Counted from the stretch's first letter, positions 17,575 through 28,651 are shown. The stretch is 64,000 nt of DNA from a virus (IMGVR_UViG_3300028048_000054), one strand, 5' to 3'. The notes: generated by a model from the sequence alone, not told the origin. Numbers and translations: made by a program.

Positions 17575-20424
17575 ATGGATTTATATGATGTTTCTGATAT
17601 TGTTTCAACATCACTGGATGATTTAGGTGTTCAGTTAGATACGAACAATCCATCAAAACAAGTTTCAAAAGACAAGAGTGAACAGTACAATGATAAACCA
17701 ATTGTACCACAAGTTCGCGCTGGTGAATTTGATGAAGATGTGGATGAAACATTAACACAGATTGAAAATGCTAAATATGCATCTGTGAAAGACCCTATTA
17801 CTCGTGATAATTTCTACCAATCTACCGCTTGTAACTGGAAAGAAACAAAAGAATTATTACAAGAAGACCCAGATTATACAAGTGATAGTGGGTCGATGTA
17901 CTGGTACACAGATGAAGGTGTTTATAGAACTTCCAATCATTGGGGTTTTGGCGTAGGTAGTTGTGATTGGACATTAAACTCAAACCCAGAATTATCACAC
18001 AGAGATGATGAGGGTTTAAGAACTGGTTTTGCCAAATGGACTGATTTTACTCATACAGATGAAAAAACATTTCCACAAATCGTAGAAATGCTCACCCCCA
18101 AAGAAGCAGGTTTAATTGGTGAAACAGACCAAGATACTGAAGTTTATTATGATAACTATCGGTCACGTCAGTTAGAGCCCAAAGAAGATTTTGTAGAAGA
18201 TGTAACTTACCCAGCAGGTATTGAAACCAGACTTTATACTCAATGCGCCGCAGATGGTGAGGGAGCACAACCAACTAATGTGGTAAATAAAGTAGAAGAA
18301 AACCCAGTTGATAATGTGTCTAATAATATTGTGGACCCAGTAAGCGGACAAAATGGTACACCTAGAAATTATGGTAGTAAGAAACCAGGTGCTACATCAT
18401 TTAAGAATTATGCATTTGAATTAACTACCATTGAAAAGATTGCTGAAGAAATGGTTGTAGAAGCAGATTTGGAAAGTAAGAAACCTTATTTATTACAACA
18501 ATTAAATAAGGCGAAAATTACTGGTGATGAAGCGGAAAAAATTATCACACAAATTAATGAGGCCGACCCAACTGGTAATTATGCTACTTATACTCAATGG
18601 TTATTAGGCCAGTATTTAAAAGGTAATTTTAAGTTGGAAGACAAAGATGAAGCAAAAGAATTATTAAAAACTTTCAACGAAGAGACAAAGTCAAAAAGAT
18701 TAAAAGGTGTTAATATTAATCAAAGTAAGTACCAAGACTTAAAAGCAATTTTGGAAGACCATTTGGGTACAAGTGATAAGGCTTCTGATAAGTTGAGTAA
18801 AGAATTAGAAGATACGGACGCAAAATTTATTTCGTCTTATACAAACCCAAATACAGGTGACAAATACGACTTAATTGAAGTTTCAACTCCAGAAGATGCA
18901 GAAAAGTTATTCTCTGGTTCTGATTGGTGTGTACGGCACCCTGATACCGCTGAACGGTATTTAGAGTCTGGTAATTTCTTATTAATTAGAAAAAATGGTG
19001 AAAACTACTTGTTGAAACACCCAGAAGATTTTAAATGTGTTGATGACACAGACCCAAGTGATGAGGAACGAAAAGAAGTACAAGAAATTTTTTCTGATGA
19101 AAAAATAGTAGATAAATTACCGCCTGAGATAACAATTTCTTTTTTAGAATCAGGTGAGATAGAATTAACAGATAAAGTTATATCTGGTTTATTGAATAAT
19201 AAGGATTATTCTGATTATTCAGGTAGACAGTTATTACAACGGGGTATTATCACATATAGTAGTGACCCAGAATTATTTACAAAAATAGTTGAAAAGTTAT
19301 TAAGTAATGGGCATCAATATTTTCTAATTGAAGACAATATTGTTAAACGAGGAGAAACACCTGAACTATTTCATAAAATTTTGCAACAATATATAAATAG
19401 AGACCCATTTTTTGCTAAAATGGTTATCAGAGATAATATTTTAAAGAAAGATGAAGAACCTCAATTATATCAAGATGCGATTAATAGTATTATTAATGAT
19501 AATTATAGAACTAAGAGAGATATTCTTTTTACTTTAAAATTGGTTGGCTATCTTAAAGAAGATGAAGATAGAGAAGATGTGTTGGAATACCTTGTGTCAA
19601 AAGGATTTTTACCTGATTTACTTTTATCTAAATTTTTAAAACCTGAAAATCTGTCAGATGAATTATACAATAAAATTTTAGAGAGAAATGATGACAGAGA
19701 CTTATCCTGGTTAATGGTAGAGCATATTTTAACTCAAGAAAAAAGCCCAGAGGCTTTTAATAGAATTATTGAGAAAGTAATAGATGCAAAAAATACACAT
19801 AAACTTTTACTTACTCAAGTTGTAACAGAGACAACTAATAAAGAGTTATTTAAAGAGTTAATTCATAAATCAATTGACCAGGGTCATCTATGTGACTTAG
19901 TTGACGCAAATATTATAACACGGTCTATGGACCAAGGGATTTTTAATTCTGTACTTGAACAGTGTAATGATAAGGATACTTTAGATTATTTATTACGACA
20001 GGAACTTATTACAGAAGAAGAGTATAACAATCTATTACATAGTGAATCTAGTAATGAAAATATAGATGAAAATGAAACTTCAGAGTCTACATCTATGGAC
20101 GAATCAACCAATGATGATACCAACAAAGAATCTGCTTTTGAGTTTACAGATATTAATAAGTTAGCAGATTTTGTACAAGAATTTAATAGGCAGGATGAAT
20201 TAACAGATGAACAGAAAAATAAATTTGTAAATCATCTGCCAGTAGAAGAAGCAAATAAAGACCTGAAAGATGAACTGAAAGAAGATGCAAAACAAACTGG
20301 AAAGGTTATCACACATATTCCAAAAAGTTTAAACTATCCATACATTGAAGATGAAATGGCTGGAAATCAGTTATTTTATAGTGATATGGATTGGATGGAA
20401 ATGAGCGACCTGTCCGAAATGTAA
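17575..20424 (+). CDS. large acidic modular protein, probable virion cargo
   Basis: Modules SGSMYWYTDEGVYRTSNHWG..VGSCDW and ADPTG..ATYTQWLL...GSDWCV, then helical repeats. Start at MDLYD. Confidence 0.6.
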   Translation: MDLYDVSDIVSTSLDDLGVQLDTNNPSKQVSKDKSEQYNDKPIVPQVRAGEFDEDVDETLTQIENAKYASVKDPITRDNFYQSTACNWKETKELLQEDPDYTSDSGSMYWYTDEGVYRTSNHWGFGVGSCDWTLNSNPELSHRDDEGLRTGFAKWTDFTHTDEKTFPQIVEMLTPKEAGLIGETDQDTEVYYDNYRSRQLEPKEDFVEDVTYPAGIETRLYTQCAADGEGAQPTNVVNKVEENPVDNVSNNIVDPVSGQNGTPRNYGSKKPGATSFKNYAFELTTIEKIAEEMVVEADLESKKPYLLQQLNKAKITGDEAEKIITQINEADPTGNYATYTQWLLGQYLKGNFKLEDKDEAKELLKTFNEETKSKRLKGVNINQSKYQDLKAILEDHLGTSDKASDKLSKELEDTDAKFISSYTNPNTGDKYDLIEVSTPEDAEKLFSGSDWCVRHPDTAERYLESGNFLLIRKNGENYLLKHPEDFKCVDDTDPSDEERKEVQEIFSDEKIVDKLPPEITISFLESGEIELTDKVISGLLNNKDYSDYSGRQLLQRGIITYSSDPELFTKIVEKLLSNGHQYFLIEDNIVKRGETPELFHKILQQYINRDPFFAKMVIRDNILKKDEEPQLYQDAINSIINDNYRTKRDILFTLKLVGYLKEDEDREDVLEYLVSKGFLPDLLLSKFLKPENLSDELYNKILERNDDRDLSWLMVEHILTQEKSPEAFNRIIEKVIDAKNTHKLLLTQVVTETTNKELFKELIHKSIDQGHLCDLVDANIITRSMDQGIFNSVLEQCNDKDTLDYLLRQELITEEEYNNLLHSESSNENIDENETSESTSMDESTNDDTNKESAFEFTDINKLADFVQEFNRQDELTDEQKNKFVNHLPVEEANKDLKDELKEDAKQTGKVITHIPKSLNYPYIEDEMAGNQLFYSDMDWMEMSDLSEM

Positions 20425-20449
20425 GAGAAGAATTAATACGAGGAAAATT

Positions 20450-22717
20450 ATGGACTTAAACGAATTATTTAAAGATGTAACTTCATTTAACAAAGAAGCA
20501 GCAATGAAAGAAAATATGCGTATGGGTGAATTAAAAGATAGTGTAACTGCTCAAGCATTTCGTGATGCACAAAGAAAATTAGCATCACACGTCAATATTA
20601 TTAAAATTGACTCACCAGAATCAAATTTAACAGAATTTTCGCGCAATAAATTAAGTGGTAAAATGAAAGCAATGTTGTCAGTATCAACGACAGCGGGCTT
20701 AAAAAGATTACCAATTCACTTTGTTGTAAAAGCATCTGTTCCTTCATTGGTAGAAACTCCAGAACAAGTTGTGGCCGCCTTGGATAATGTAGAAGGTAGT
20801 ATCGACAAAGAAGTAAAAGAAATTTTAGAAAAACAAAAACAAATGGCTGCTTATCATAACGAAGATATTGAAGTAAAAGCAGAAGATAAAAAATTTCATA
20901 TTCATTTACCTGGAAATTTTTATACACAAGAAATTTATGGTAAAACTATTGAAGAAGCCTTAGAAAATTATGGATATAAGATGGAAGACATTGTTGAGTG
21001 GTATGACGATGAAGGTAATGGAGAGTATGTAAAAAAAGACTCTTCAGCAAACTCAAACATCACAGTACAAGCCAAGAAGAAAGAAATTGATTTAGGTGTA
21101 AGAGAAAATTCATCAGCCTCACAATTTCCAGTAAAATTATTGGTCTATCCTAAAACCTACTTACCTGAATTAAAGAAAGGTGATATTTTAAACGTAGGTG
21201 GTTTCAAATACAGATACATCGGGGACGAACCAACAATCAGTGGTGATACAGAAAACGGTATTAATGCCCGCTTTGAATTAGTGGTAAATACTAAAAAAGC
21301 ATCATTAAATGTAGTCGCTGATGATACTCAAAACAGTGACCGTTCAGAAAAAACAAAACAAGGTATTGAACAAGCAAAAAAAGATAAGGCCGAGTATGAT
21401 GAAGCACAAGAATATTTAAAAGGATTAACCCCAGAAGATATTGAAAAGATGAGTGAGGATGAATTAGCATTGACTGCTATTCAATGCCGTGACTATGGTG
21501 TTACAAAACCTACTGCACTGACAAAGGCACTAGCAGCACATCCAAATGCCCTGTTGAAATTTTTAAGTATTCCAGATATTTCCTTATTTAATATTGATGA
21601 AGAAGCAACTCCAGCGATGTTAAAGGTTATTGAAGACAGCCCAAAAAATGCACTAGAAGTTTTAAAGACACATAAAAATGAGGTGGAAAAAGTCCCTAAT
21701 TTTGATGGATTACCAGAGTTCTTTAAAAAACCATTGAAGTCAGATTTGGGTGTACAAATTGAAATTGCGAAAACAATGCCCAGTATTTTTGATGAAGAAA
21801 TGGCTAACAATATTATTAGTGGTTCCGAATCTGATGCTGTTGATATTGGGTTAGGTGATGCAACTAATTCTAAAAATCCAGCATACAATCTATTAACTGA
21901 GTTTGCAAAGTCAAAAGATTATAGTAATCAAACTAAGAATGATAAGGAATTGGATATAGAAGATGTTGAATTAGACAATGATACATTCCACACTCCTACA
22001 CACGAAGAAATTAATAATGATTTTCGTGAAGTATATGAAGATTCAAAAACCAAAACAAAAAATCAAGACGGTGCTAGATTGGACAGCCAAGAGTTAGAAG
22101 GACTTGGCAACAATGTTTCTGATGCTATTAGAGAAGAAGAACAGAGACAGCAACAAGAAAATGAAGAGGGTGACAAAGAAGACATCTTAGATGATAATCA
22201 AGAAGCACCAAAAGATGATGATAAAGATGTAAAAAAAAAGACTGAAAGTGAACCAGTAATTGAGAAGGATGCTGCAACCACGGAAGACCTGTCATTTAGA
22301 GCATCTTTAAATCAAGACAACTTTGTTGATTTTACGGCTGGTGAAGATGAAAAGATTCAGTTATTTAAAAATAAATATTCTGAACTTAAAGACATTCCTA
22401 ATGATTGGATTACTGTAAAAGATGAAAAGTGGTCTGGATATATTGAGTGGGCAGTAGATATGGATGCTAGAGAGTGGGGATTATCATCTTTTTCCATTGT
22501 TTGTAAGCCAACTAAAGTAACATATAGTGCAAATTTGGAGTATTTTCCAAACTCAGAATCTGCTGATTTAGGTGAAAGCACAGATGATTGGTTCGAAGTA
22601 GAAATTGATTTAACAAAAATAGATACACAGGTTGAAAGTGTACTAAATGAAGGTTCACAACTTCTAATGCAAAAGATTGAAATTGGCTCGGATAACACAG
22701 CCCTAGCCTACTTCTAA
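20450..22717 (+). CDS. large acidic modular protein, probable virion cargo
   Basis: KEAA, KLAS, VKAE, VQAK, KKAS, KDAA and FRAS punctuate distinct blocks. GAGG SD. Confidence 0.6.
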   Translation: MDLNELFKDVTSFNKEAAMKENMRMGELKDSVTAQAFRDAQRKLASHVNIIKIDSPESNLTEFSRNKLSGKMKAMLSVSTTAGLKRLPIHFVVKASVPSLVETPEQVVAALDNVEGSIDKEVKEILEKQKQMAAYHNEDIEVKAEDKKFHIHLPGNFYTQEIYGKTIEEALENYGYKMEDIVEWYDDEGNGEYVKKDSSANSNITVQAKKKEIDLGVRENSSASQFPVKLLVYPKTYLPELKKGDILNVGGFKYRYIGDEPTISGDTENGINARFELVVNTKKASLNVVADDTQNSDRSEKTKQGIEQAKKDKAEYDEAQEYLKGLTPEDIEKMSEDELALTAIQCRDYGVTKPTALTKALAAHPNALLKFLSIPDISLFNIDEEATPAMLKVIEDSPKNALEVLKTHKNEVEKVPNFDGLPEFFKKPLKSDLGVQIEIAKTMPSIFDEEMANNIISGSESDAVDIGLGDATNSKNPAYNLLTEFAKSKDYSNQTKNDKELDIEDVELDNDTFHTPTHEEINNDFREVYEDSKTKTKNQDGARLDSQELEGLGNNVSDAIREEEQRQQQENEEGDKEDILDDNQEAPKDDDKDVKKKTESEPVIEKDAATTEDLSFRASLNQDNFVDFTAGEDEKIQLFKNKYSELKDIPNDWITVKDEKWSGYIEWAVDMDAREWGLSSFSIVCKPTKVTYSANLEYFPNSESADLGESTDDWFEVEIDLTKIDTQVESVLNEGSQLLMQKIEIGSDNTALAYF

Positions 22718-22735
22718 TTTGGAGATTTAACACAT

Positions 22736-23857
22736 ATGATTAATTATAAACAAGCAGGTTATAACACATTAAATGAGATGTTTGATGCTATGCTCAAAAA
22801 GCAAGCAGACGGGGACCACATTGGTTTTATTAAAATGAGTTCCTTATTAACATCAAATCAAAAAGTAGCATTTATTGAACACAGTAAAGGACACGAAGTA
22901 TTTGCTGGTGCTATGAAAGATTTAGTAACAGAATCTTGTGGTGACTATCGTGTAGGTAAAGACTACGCAGAATACATCAAAATGGCATTAGCAAAAGGTG
23001 GTTATATTGTAACTCCCAAACCAGAAGATGGTTGTTGCTGTGGTGACAACTGGTCATACCCAGAAGTATATTTCACTGATGGTCAACTAATTGAAGGGTA
23101 TGTAGCATTGTTCCAAAAAGAAGTACACTTGAAAGCAGTAGATGCGAAAGAACGTATTTATAATAAATCAATTACTTACTTGGACGAAACAGACTTAATT
23201 GAAAGTATTGACCACTTCAAACACGATATTGAAGAAACTTTTAATGAAGTAGGTGCTCCTGAAATTTCTGCCGATGCTTCTATTGAAACAAAAGCAGAGG
23301 GTCAAGATACAGAGTGGGCCAAAAATGAATTACAAATGTGCATTGAAAATGACCCACAATTATACTATCAACAAATTGAACCTATTTGTAAAAATTTAGC
23401 ACGTAAAAAACAAAAAGGTGTGTATGACCCAGAATTAGCTATTAAATTATGGTACTACTGCGTACAAAATGGTTATAAAAAATATCGTCAAGAAATTGAT
23501 TCAAATTTCAAGTTATCTACAGCAGATAGACGTGAAGTAGCCGAAAATTTACGTGACCATTATGATGAAGAAGTAGATGCTTGGGTAGCAGAGTTATTTG
23601 GACCCCAAAATGAACAAGAAGAACAAGTAAATGCTGCATTAGATAAGGCAGCGGAAGCGGGTGATTCTTCAGATGGTGTTGCTACATTATCACAGTATTT
23701 ACAAGTAGACCCAACTGAAGTAACAACTGAAGATGGTGAAAATTATTCAGTAAATGGTAAAACTGAAACATATAAAGTAAGTGATACAGCATTAGATTTA
23801 GCCGAACAAGGTTATCAAAATGCTATGCACGATAACAAATATATTTATTGGAAATAA
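22736..23857 (+). CDS. acidic modular head-region protein
   Basis: KQAG and KQAD motifs. Module ELQMCIENDPQLYYQQIEPICKNLARKKQKGVYDPELAIKLW. Confidence 0.6.
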   Translation: MINYKQAGYNTLNEMFDAMLKKQADGDHIGFIKMSSLLTSNQKVAFIEHSKGHEVFAGAMKDLVTESCGDYRVGKDYAEYIKMALAKGGYIVTPKPEDGCCCGDNWSYPEVYFTDGQLIEGYVALFQKEVHLKAVDAKERIYNKSITYLDETDLIESIDHFKHDIEETFNEVGAPEISADASIETKAEGQDTEWAKNELQMCIENDPQLYYQQIEPICKNLARKKQKGVYDPELAIKLWYYCVQNGYKKYRQEIDSNFKLSTADRREVAENLRDHYDEEVDAWVAELFGPQNEQEEQVNAALDKAAEAGDSSDGVATLSQYLQVDPTEVTTEDGENYSVNGKTETYKVSDTALDLAEQGYQNAMHDNKYIYWK

Positions 23858-23859
23858 CT

Positions 23860-24213
23860 ATGGCAGACTTTGAGATTGAAAATGTGAACCCAGAAGATGT
23901 TTACTCCAACAAGGAACTCCAAGATAACTACACAAAACTGTCTATTAATGGTGAAACTGTTGCGGTAATTATTCCTTTTCACAAATCTCAAGCACCACAA
24001 TCTGATGAAAAAGTGGTAAATATTTCAGAGTTAATTCGTGAAGAAGAAAGTAACAACGAAGTAGTGCCAGAAGAGCAGGATACAGAAAACAAAGAACGTG
24101 GTGATTTCAGAAAGAGATTACTTGAAAAAGGACATACGGTGGACGTTCCAGATGATGGTAATCAAGTTTATACTAATTCCTCGTTTGAATTAACCACCAT
24201 TGATAAATTATAA
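23860..24213 (+). CDS. acidic hypothetical protein ending in FELTTIDKL
   Basis: Start at MADFE; C-terminal motif shared with 17575..20424. Confidence 0.6.
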   Translation: MADFEIENVNPEDVYSNKELQDNYTKLSINGETVAVIIPFHKSQAPQSDEKVVNISELIREEESNNEVVPEEQDTENKERGDFRKRLLEKGHTVDVPDDGNQVYTNSSFELTTIDKL

Positions 24214-24224
24214 GGTGAATTGAT

Positions 24225-25055
24225 ATGGATACGAAAAAGAGCAGAAGTTGTTATAATTTAGCCATTGTAAAGAAAGGAAGTAGATTTGATATTGTCAGAT
24301 ACAACAATGGTTTTGACAGAGAACCAGTTACTATTTTACGTAACGTGGACAAAAATGAAATTAATTCCAAATTCCAAAGAGCAATTAAACTTATTGGAAG
24401 TACAATGAGTTTATTTAGTGTCTTTATTCGCCCATTTGATAAAAATCAATTGGTTGAGTTGGTATTAATGTTGGAAGATTCTGGAATCGCACAGGGTGAT
24501 ATTAAAATACAGGCCAATGGAACCGTGTATTTTAAGATGCAAGGCGAAGATGATAAATATGTGCGTGATAATATTGAATCATTATTAAGAGAGAATAACT
24601 TTGATTTTGATTCAGATATGATTACAGTGGCCCGTGGTGATGCTATGGAACCAACACCAGTTAAAAAAGCATCAGTACAACCTATGGAACCAGTTAAAAA
24701 AGAAGTAGTAAAAACTTCAAATTTAACGGCAGAGGAACAAGAAGAACTGGAAACAATTCAAATGTACCCAGAACTTATGGCCAATCCAGAATTGAAAGCA
24801 AAGTATGAAGAATTGATGAAGAAGTCTGGTTCTACCGTACAACCCTCTCCATCGATGGATGAAAATGACATTGACCCTATTAATACTGTTACTCCTAAAG
24901 TTAATAAGGCAGAACAATTTCTAACTTCAACACCAAACAAATATGACAGTGGTGAGAAGTTAGTACAGGCAATGTTGGACAATGGAATTTCTGTAGAAGA
25001 AATTAAAGAGTGCTATAAAAATAAACCTGAATTGTTAAAATCAGCACTCCAATAG
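24225..25055 (+). CDS. hypothetical head-region protein
   Basis: 276-aa ORF, AAGGTG SD; KKAS, VKTS, KKSG and LKSA motifs. Confidence 0.6.
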   Translation: MDTKKSRSCYNLAIVKKGSRFDIVRYNNGFDREPVTILRNVDKNEINSKFQRAIKLIGSTMSLFSVFIRPFDKNQLVELVLMLEDSGIAQGDIKIQANGTVYFKMQGEDDKYVRDNIESLLRENNFDFDSDMITVARGDAMEPTPVKKASVQPMEPVKKEVVKTSNLTAEEQEELETIQMYPELMANPELKAKYEELMKKSGSTVQPSPSMDENDIDPINTVTPKVNKAEQFLTSTPNKYDSGEKLVQAMLDNGISVEEIKECYKNKPELLKSALQ

Positions 25056-25075
25056 TTTACAGTTTAGTATTTAGT
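25055..25075 (+). promoter_or_regulatory. putative phage late promoter motif
   Basis: GTTTACA-GTTTA-GTATTTAGT before terL. Confidence 0.6.
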
Positions 25076-25083
25076 AGGATGAT

Positions 25084-26712
25084 ATGATAGAAGGACAAGA
25101 ACTGAGAGACTATATCATCAAAGTTACTGATGAGGCGGTTATAACCAATTCGTCATTACAGAATTGGGCAGAGAGTATTGGTGTTCACTTGTGGGACAAC
25201 CAACTTGAAATTCTTGATACTATATTGAATCCTTCTATTAGAAATATATGCGTCACGGCTGCTCGTGGTGCTGGTAAAACATTTATTATCTCTATTGCTG
25301 TTATTAAGCAGTGTATAGAGAATAAAAATTACCGTGTTCTTTTATTCGGTCCAAAAGCAGAGTTGGCAGCCCGTATATTGGCTGATGGTGTTAGACCACT
25401 GTGTATGAACAACGCAATTCTATCGGCAGAGGTAGATTGGGACGTTTGTAAACAGAAAGAGTTTAGATTCAAAAATGGTTCGTGGATAAGATGTTTGGGT
25501 GCTAATGATAATACCCAAATCGAAGGTTATCACTGCGATATGATAGTGCTGGACGAAAGCCACCAAATTTCTACGCAGTTTTATAACTTACGTATCTCTC
25601 CAATGAACTCTGATTCTAAAAACCCAAAAAACATCAAAATTGGTATTACTTTGTATGATAATCACTTCAGACAATCAGCAAAGTCACCAAAGTGGACTTG
25701 GTTAAATTACCCTTGGTATAAATGTCAAAACATTTATAATCCAAATGATTTAATTGAGATTAATGGGGTTAAATATCCTAATGATATTGTAGAAAAGATG
25801 CCACTTTCAATGAAAATGAAAAGATGGCCAAATAACCCAGAAGTTCACTATGAGTCTTCCGTAGGTATGTCCGAAGAAGATTTTAAAACACAGTATGAGA
25901 TGGAGTGGGTAGACTCAATTTCAGGTCTATTAACAGGGGAAGACCAGGATAAATTAGAGGGATTTCACGATTATCTGTATCGTGGGCTTCCAGACGAGAA
26001 ATATTATTTTGGTCTAGATTGTGCAGGAGGCTCACTAGTTAAAGAGGGGAACGACCGTGACTTTACTGAACTAGTTATTGGTCGTATTACACCAGAACAC
26101 CAGAAGCAAATTGTGGCTCTTTACCAATGGCAGGGTGACTTAACAGTTCAAGCAGAAGAAATTATGCACATCATTACAGATGTGTTTCCTTGCCAGTTTG
26201 GGTGTGCTGACTATTCGACAATGGGAACAGCAATTGTCGACCAGTTTTTAAGTAAAAAGATACCAATAGCAGGTATCGCTTATAAGAAAACAGACCCAGT
26301 GTCTGGTAAAAATTATAAGAACTCAATCTTCGACCAGTTCGTGTATGAGTTAAGACACGATAGGGTAAAATATCCTTCATTGAAGTCGTTATTAGACGAA
26401 GATGGAAAGATAACAACCAATGAAGCACAACTTCTCAATAAGCATTTAATTGAGTGGGGTGCTGTGGAAAGAAGAAAGAAAGCAGTAGGTATTAATGATG
26501 ACATTTCCGCACCAAAAGGCGGTGGTTATCACGATGATTGTGTAAATGCGGCGGCCCTCTTTGTCTGGGCTTGTGACAAGTGTGATGAAGACAAAAAGAG
26601 GGTTGGTTTATTTACAAAAAATTTTAAATTTGTAATGCCAAAATTCGGTTCTACAACGGCACAGGCAAGAAGTTCGTTAGGTAAACCGATAAGTTCAGGG
26701 TGGATGAGATGA
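25084..26712 (+). CDS. terL: terminase large subunit
   Basis: Q-motif LWDNQ, Walker A AARGAGKT, Walker B IVLDE, FKTQYEMEW, RNase H-like YFGLD...D and HDDCV. Confidence 0.93.
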   Translation: MIEGQELRDYIIKVTDEAVITNSSLQNWAESIGVHLWDNQLEILDTILNPSIRNICVTAARGAGKTFIISIAVIKQCIENKNYRVLLFGPKAELAARILADGVRPLCMNNAILSAEVDWDVCKQKEFRFKNGSWIRCLGANDNTQIEGYHCDMIVLDESHQISTQFYNLRISPMNSDSKNPKNIKIGITLYDNHFRQSAKSPKWTWLNYPWYKCQNIYNPNDLIEINGVKYPNDIVEKMPLSMKMKRWPNNPEVHYESSVGMSEEDFKTQYEMEWVDSISGLLTGEDQDKLEGFHDYLYRGLPDEKYYFGLDCAGGSLVKEGNDRDFTELVIGRITPEHQKQIVALYQWQGDLTVQAEEIMHIITDVFPCQFGCADYSTMGTAIVDQFLSKKIPIAGIAYKKTDPVSGKNYKNSIFDQFVYELRHDRVKYPSLKSLLDEDGKITTNEAQLLNKHLIEWGAVERRKKAVGINDDISAPKGGGYHDDCVNAAALFVWACDKCDEDKKRVGLFTKNFKFVMPKFGSTTAQARSSLGKPISSGWMR

Positions 26713-26939
26713 GCACTATATCACACATTAAACACGTAGTAAGAACTGTTCAACCAGTTTTAGAAGAAGTAACACAAGCAACAATGAACTGCCTAGAAGA
26801 GTTGCGTGCCTGTGGCATTTTTACCGAAGAAATGCAAGATTTAGCGAACGCAATTGAGTGTTTGGAAAATACACACAGTAATTTAAACGACAGATTAATT
26901 GCTTTCAGAGAATATGAAGATTTGAACGAGGATGACTAA
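26709..26939 (+). CDS. small helical hypothetical protein
   Basis: ATGA overlap with the terL stop; stop overlaps the portal start. Confidence 0.55.
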   Translation: MSTISHIKHVVRTVQPVLEEVTQATMNCLEELRACGIFTEEMQDLANAIECLENTHSNLNDRLIAFREYEDLNEDD

Positions 26940-28651
26940 TGCCTAAGAATTTAATTACGGGTAAAAAGAGTACACCTATTAGTAAAAAATTTAGTAAGTT
27001 TGCTAACCCTACATTTATTACAAAACATAATAATATTTTAAGTGGAACTGGTTTTGGTAAAGAAGCTTTTTACGATACAGAGTCCACGATTCCTAATTTT
27101 TACACACCAGAATTAACACCTGATACTTGGTTACTGCCTCGTTCCAGAGCCGAGATTTTAAGATGGTGTCGTTTATTCTTTAACTTAGACCCGTACATTA
27201 ACTCGATTTTAACAATGCACGCTCAATATCCAGTGTGCAACTTCAGATTAAAATATAAAGACAAAGAAACTGAAGCATTTTTTAATAGAAAACTTTTTGA
27301 TAATAAAGAGTTCAGTTGGATTGATTTCTTGGAACAAGTAATGCTCTCATACTGGAAACTTGGTGAAGCAGTGGTATGGGGTGATTTTAACGAAGCCAAA
27401 GGAACCTGGAATAGTTTCTCATTAATTGACCCATCTTTAATTGAATATAAAGAAGACCCGATGTCTGGTGAAGTAGAGATGTCAATTATTCCTACAAGAG
27501 AATTGAAACAGATGCTCGCCGAGGGGTTAAAACAGGGTAGAAGTGATATTCCAGTAGAATATATTCGGTGTGTACAAGAAAACCAAAAGATTCCATTAGA
27601 CGCAACTGGAACAGAAGCAAACTACTTAACTGGTAAAAAATATTCTCCTGCCAAAGTATTTATGCTTGCTCGTAAAACAGACCCAGGTGCTACTCGTGGT
27701 ACTCCAATTATTCAATCACTTTTCAAAACACTTATCTATTCTGATAAGATTAGACTTGCTCAAATTGCTATCGCCGACAGACTTCACTTGCCAATGGAAA
27801 TTTGGTCAATTGGTGAATATACAGGCGACCCAAATACATCAATTATTCCAGATGATGGGATGATTGCTAATGTCCGTGAAGCAATTAGAGAAGCCACAAT
27901 GCAACCTCCATTTTCAATTTTCGTTCCACCTTACATTAAATATGAAGCAGTAGGTGTGAACGGTAAATTATTGTCAGTCTATGAAGATTTAGGATATGTT
28001 GAGAACTGTATCTTCGTAGCATTGGGTGTAAATAAGAATTTAATTTTAGGTCAAGGTCCCTCTTTCTCATCAAGTAAACAGACATCATTATTCAAATTGA
28101 TTAAGATGTATAAAATGATGCGCTTGAAATTGGAAGCCTTTATTAAACGGTATATTATTCTTCCAATTGCTAAAGCCAATGATGTTAAAGATGAGTATGG
28201 TGACTATGTAGTACCAGACATCGATTGGGAAGAAAGTTTAAACCCAGAACAAGATGTAGAGAAATTTAACAATATCCTCAAATTGTGGGATAAAGGTTTG
28301 GTTTCCACTACTACATTATATGAATACTTCCCTGGCAAATTAGATATTAACCTTGAAAAACAAAGACTGGAAGAAGAAAAATTAACAGTATTTGATAAAG
28401 GTACAGATAGATTAGGAAGTAAAGCACAACGCGCTGATTTGAAGAATAATGATGCAAATAAGGGTAAGAATCCAACTCCAAGTGATGGCTCTAAACCAGC
28501 CGAAAACTTACCACCCCCATTGGAAGGTGGTGTAAAGGACGAGGGTGAAGGCCCAGCAGGTCCAGATGCTCCTGGTGGTGAAGATAAAGCACCAGAGGGT
28601 GGTGAAGGACCAGAAGCCCCTGATACGAACGCAGGACCAGAAGGAGAATAA
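26939..28651 (+). CDS. portal protein
   Basis: Follows terL. WCRLFF..DPYINS, YWKLGEA, RGTPIIQSLF, IFVALGVNK.LI.G; low-complexity acidic C-tail. Confidence 0.88.
   Translation: MPKNLITGKKSTPISKKFSKFANPTFITKHNNILSGTGFGKEAFYDTESTIPNFYTPELTPDTWLLPRSRAEILRWCRLFFNLDPYINSILTMHAQYPVCNFRLKYKDKETEAFFNRKLFDNKEFSWIDFLEQVMLSYWKLGEAVVWGDFNEAKGTWNSFSLIDPSLIEYKEDPMSGEVEMSIIPTRELKQMLAEGLKQGRSDIPVEYIRCVQENQKIPLDATGTEANYLTGKKYSPAKVFMLARKTDPGATRGTPIIQSLFKTLIYSDKIRLAQIAIADRLHLPMEIWSIGEYTGDPNTSIIPDDGMIANVREAIREATMQPPFSIFVPPYIKYEAVGVNGKLLSVYEDLGYVENCIFVALGVNKNLILGQGPSFSSSKQTSLFKLIKMYKMMRLKLEAFIKRYIILPIAKANDVKDEYGDYVVPDIDWEESLNPEQDVEKFNNILKLWDKGLVSTTTLYEYFPGKLDINLEKQRLEEEKLTVFDKGTDRLGSKAQRADLKNNDANKGKNPTPSDGSKPAENLPPPLEGGVKDEGEGPAGPDAPGGEDKAPEGGEGPEAPDTNAGPEGE

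Noticed and set aside
7612-28651. Inteins in NrdD, TerL or portal
   Set aside because: Lengths are ordinary, and no C-terminal HN-C/S/T splice motifs or LAGLIDADG blocks were seen.
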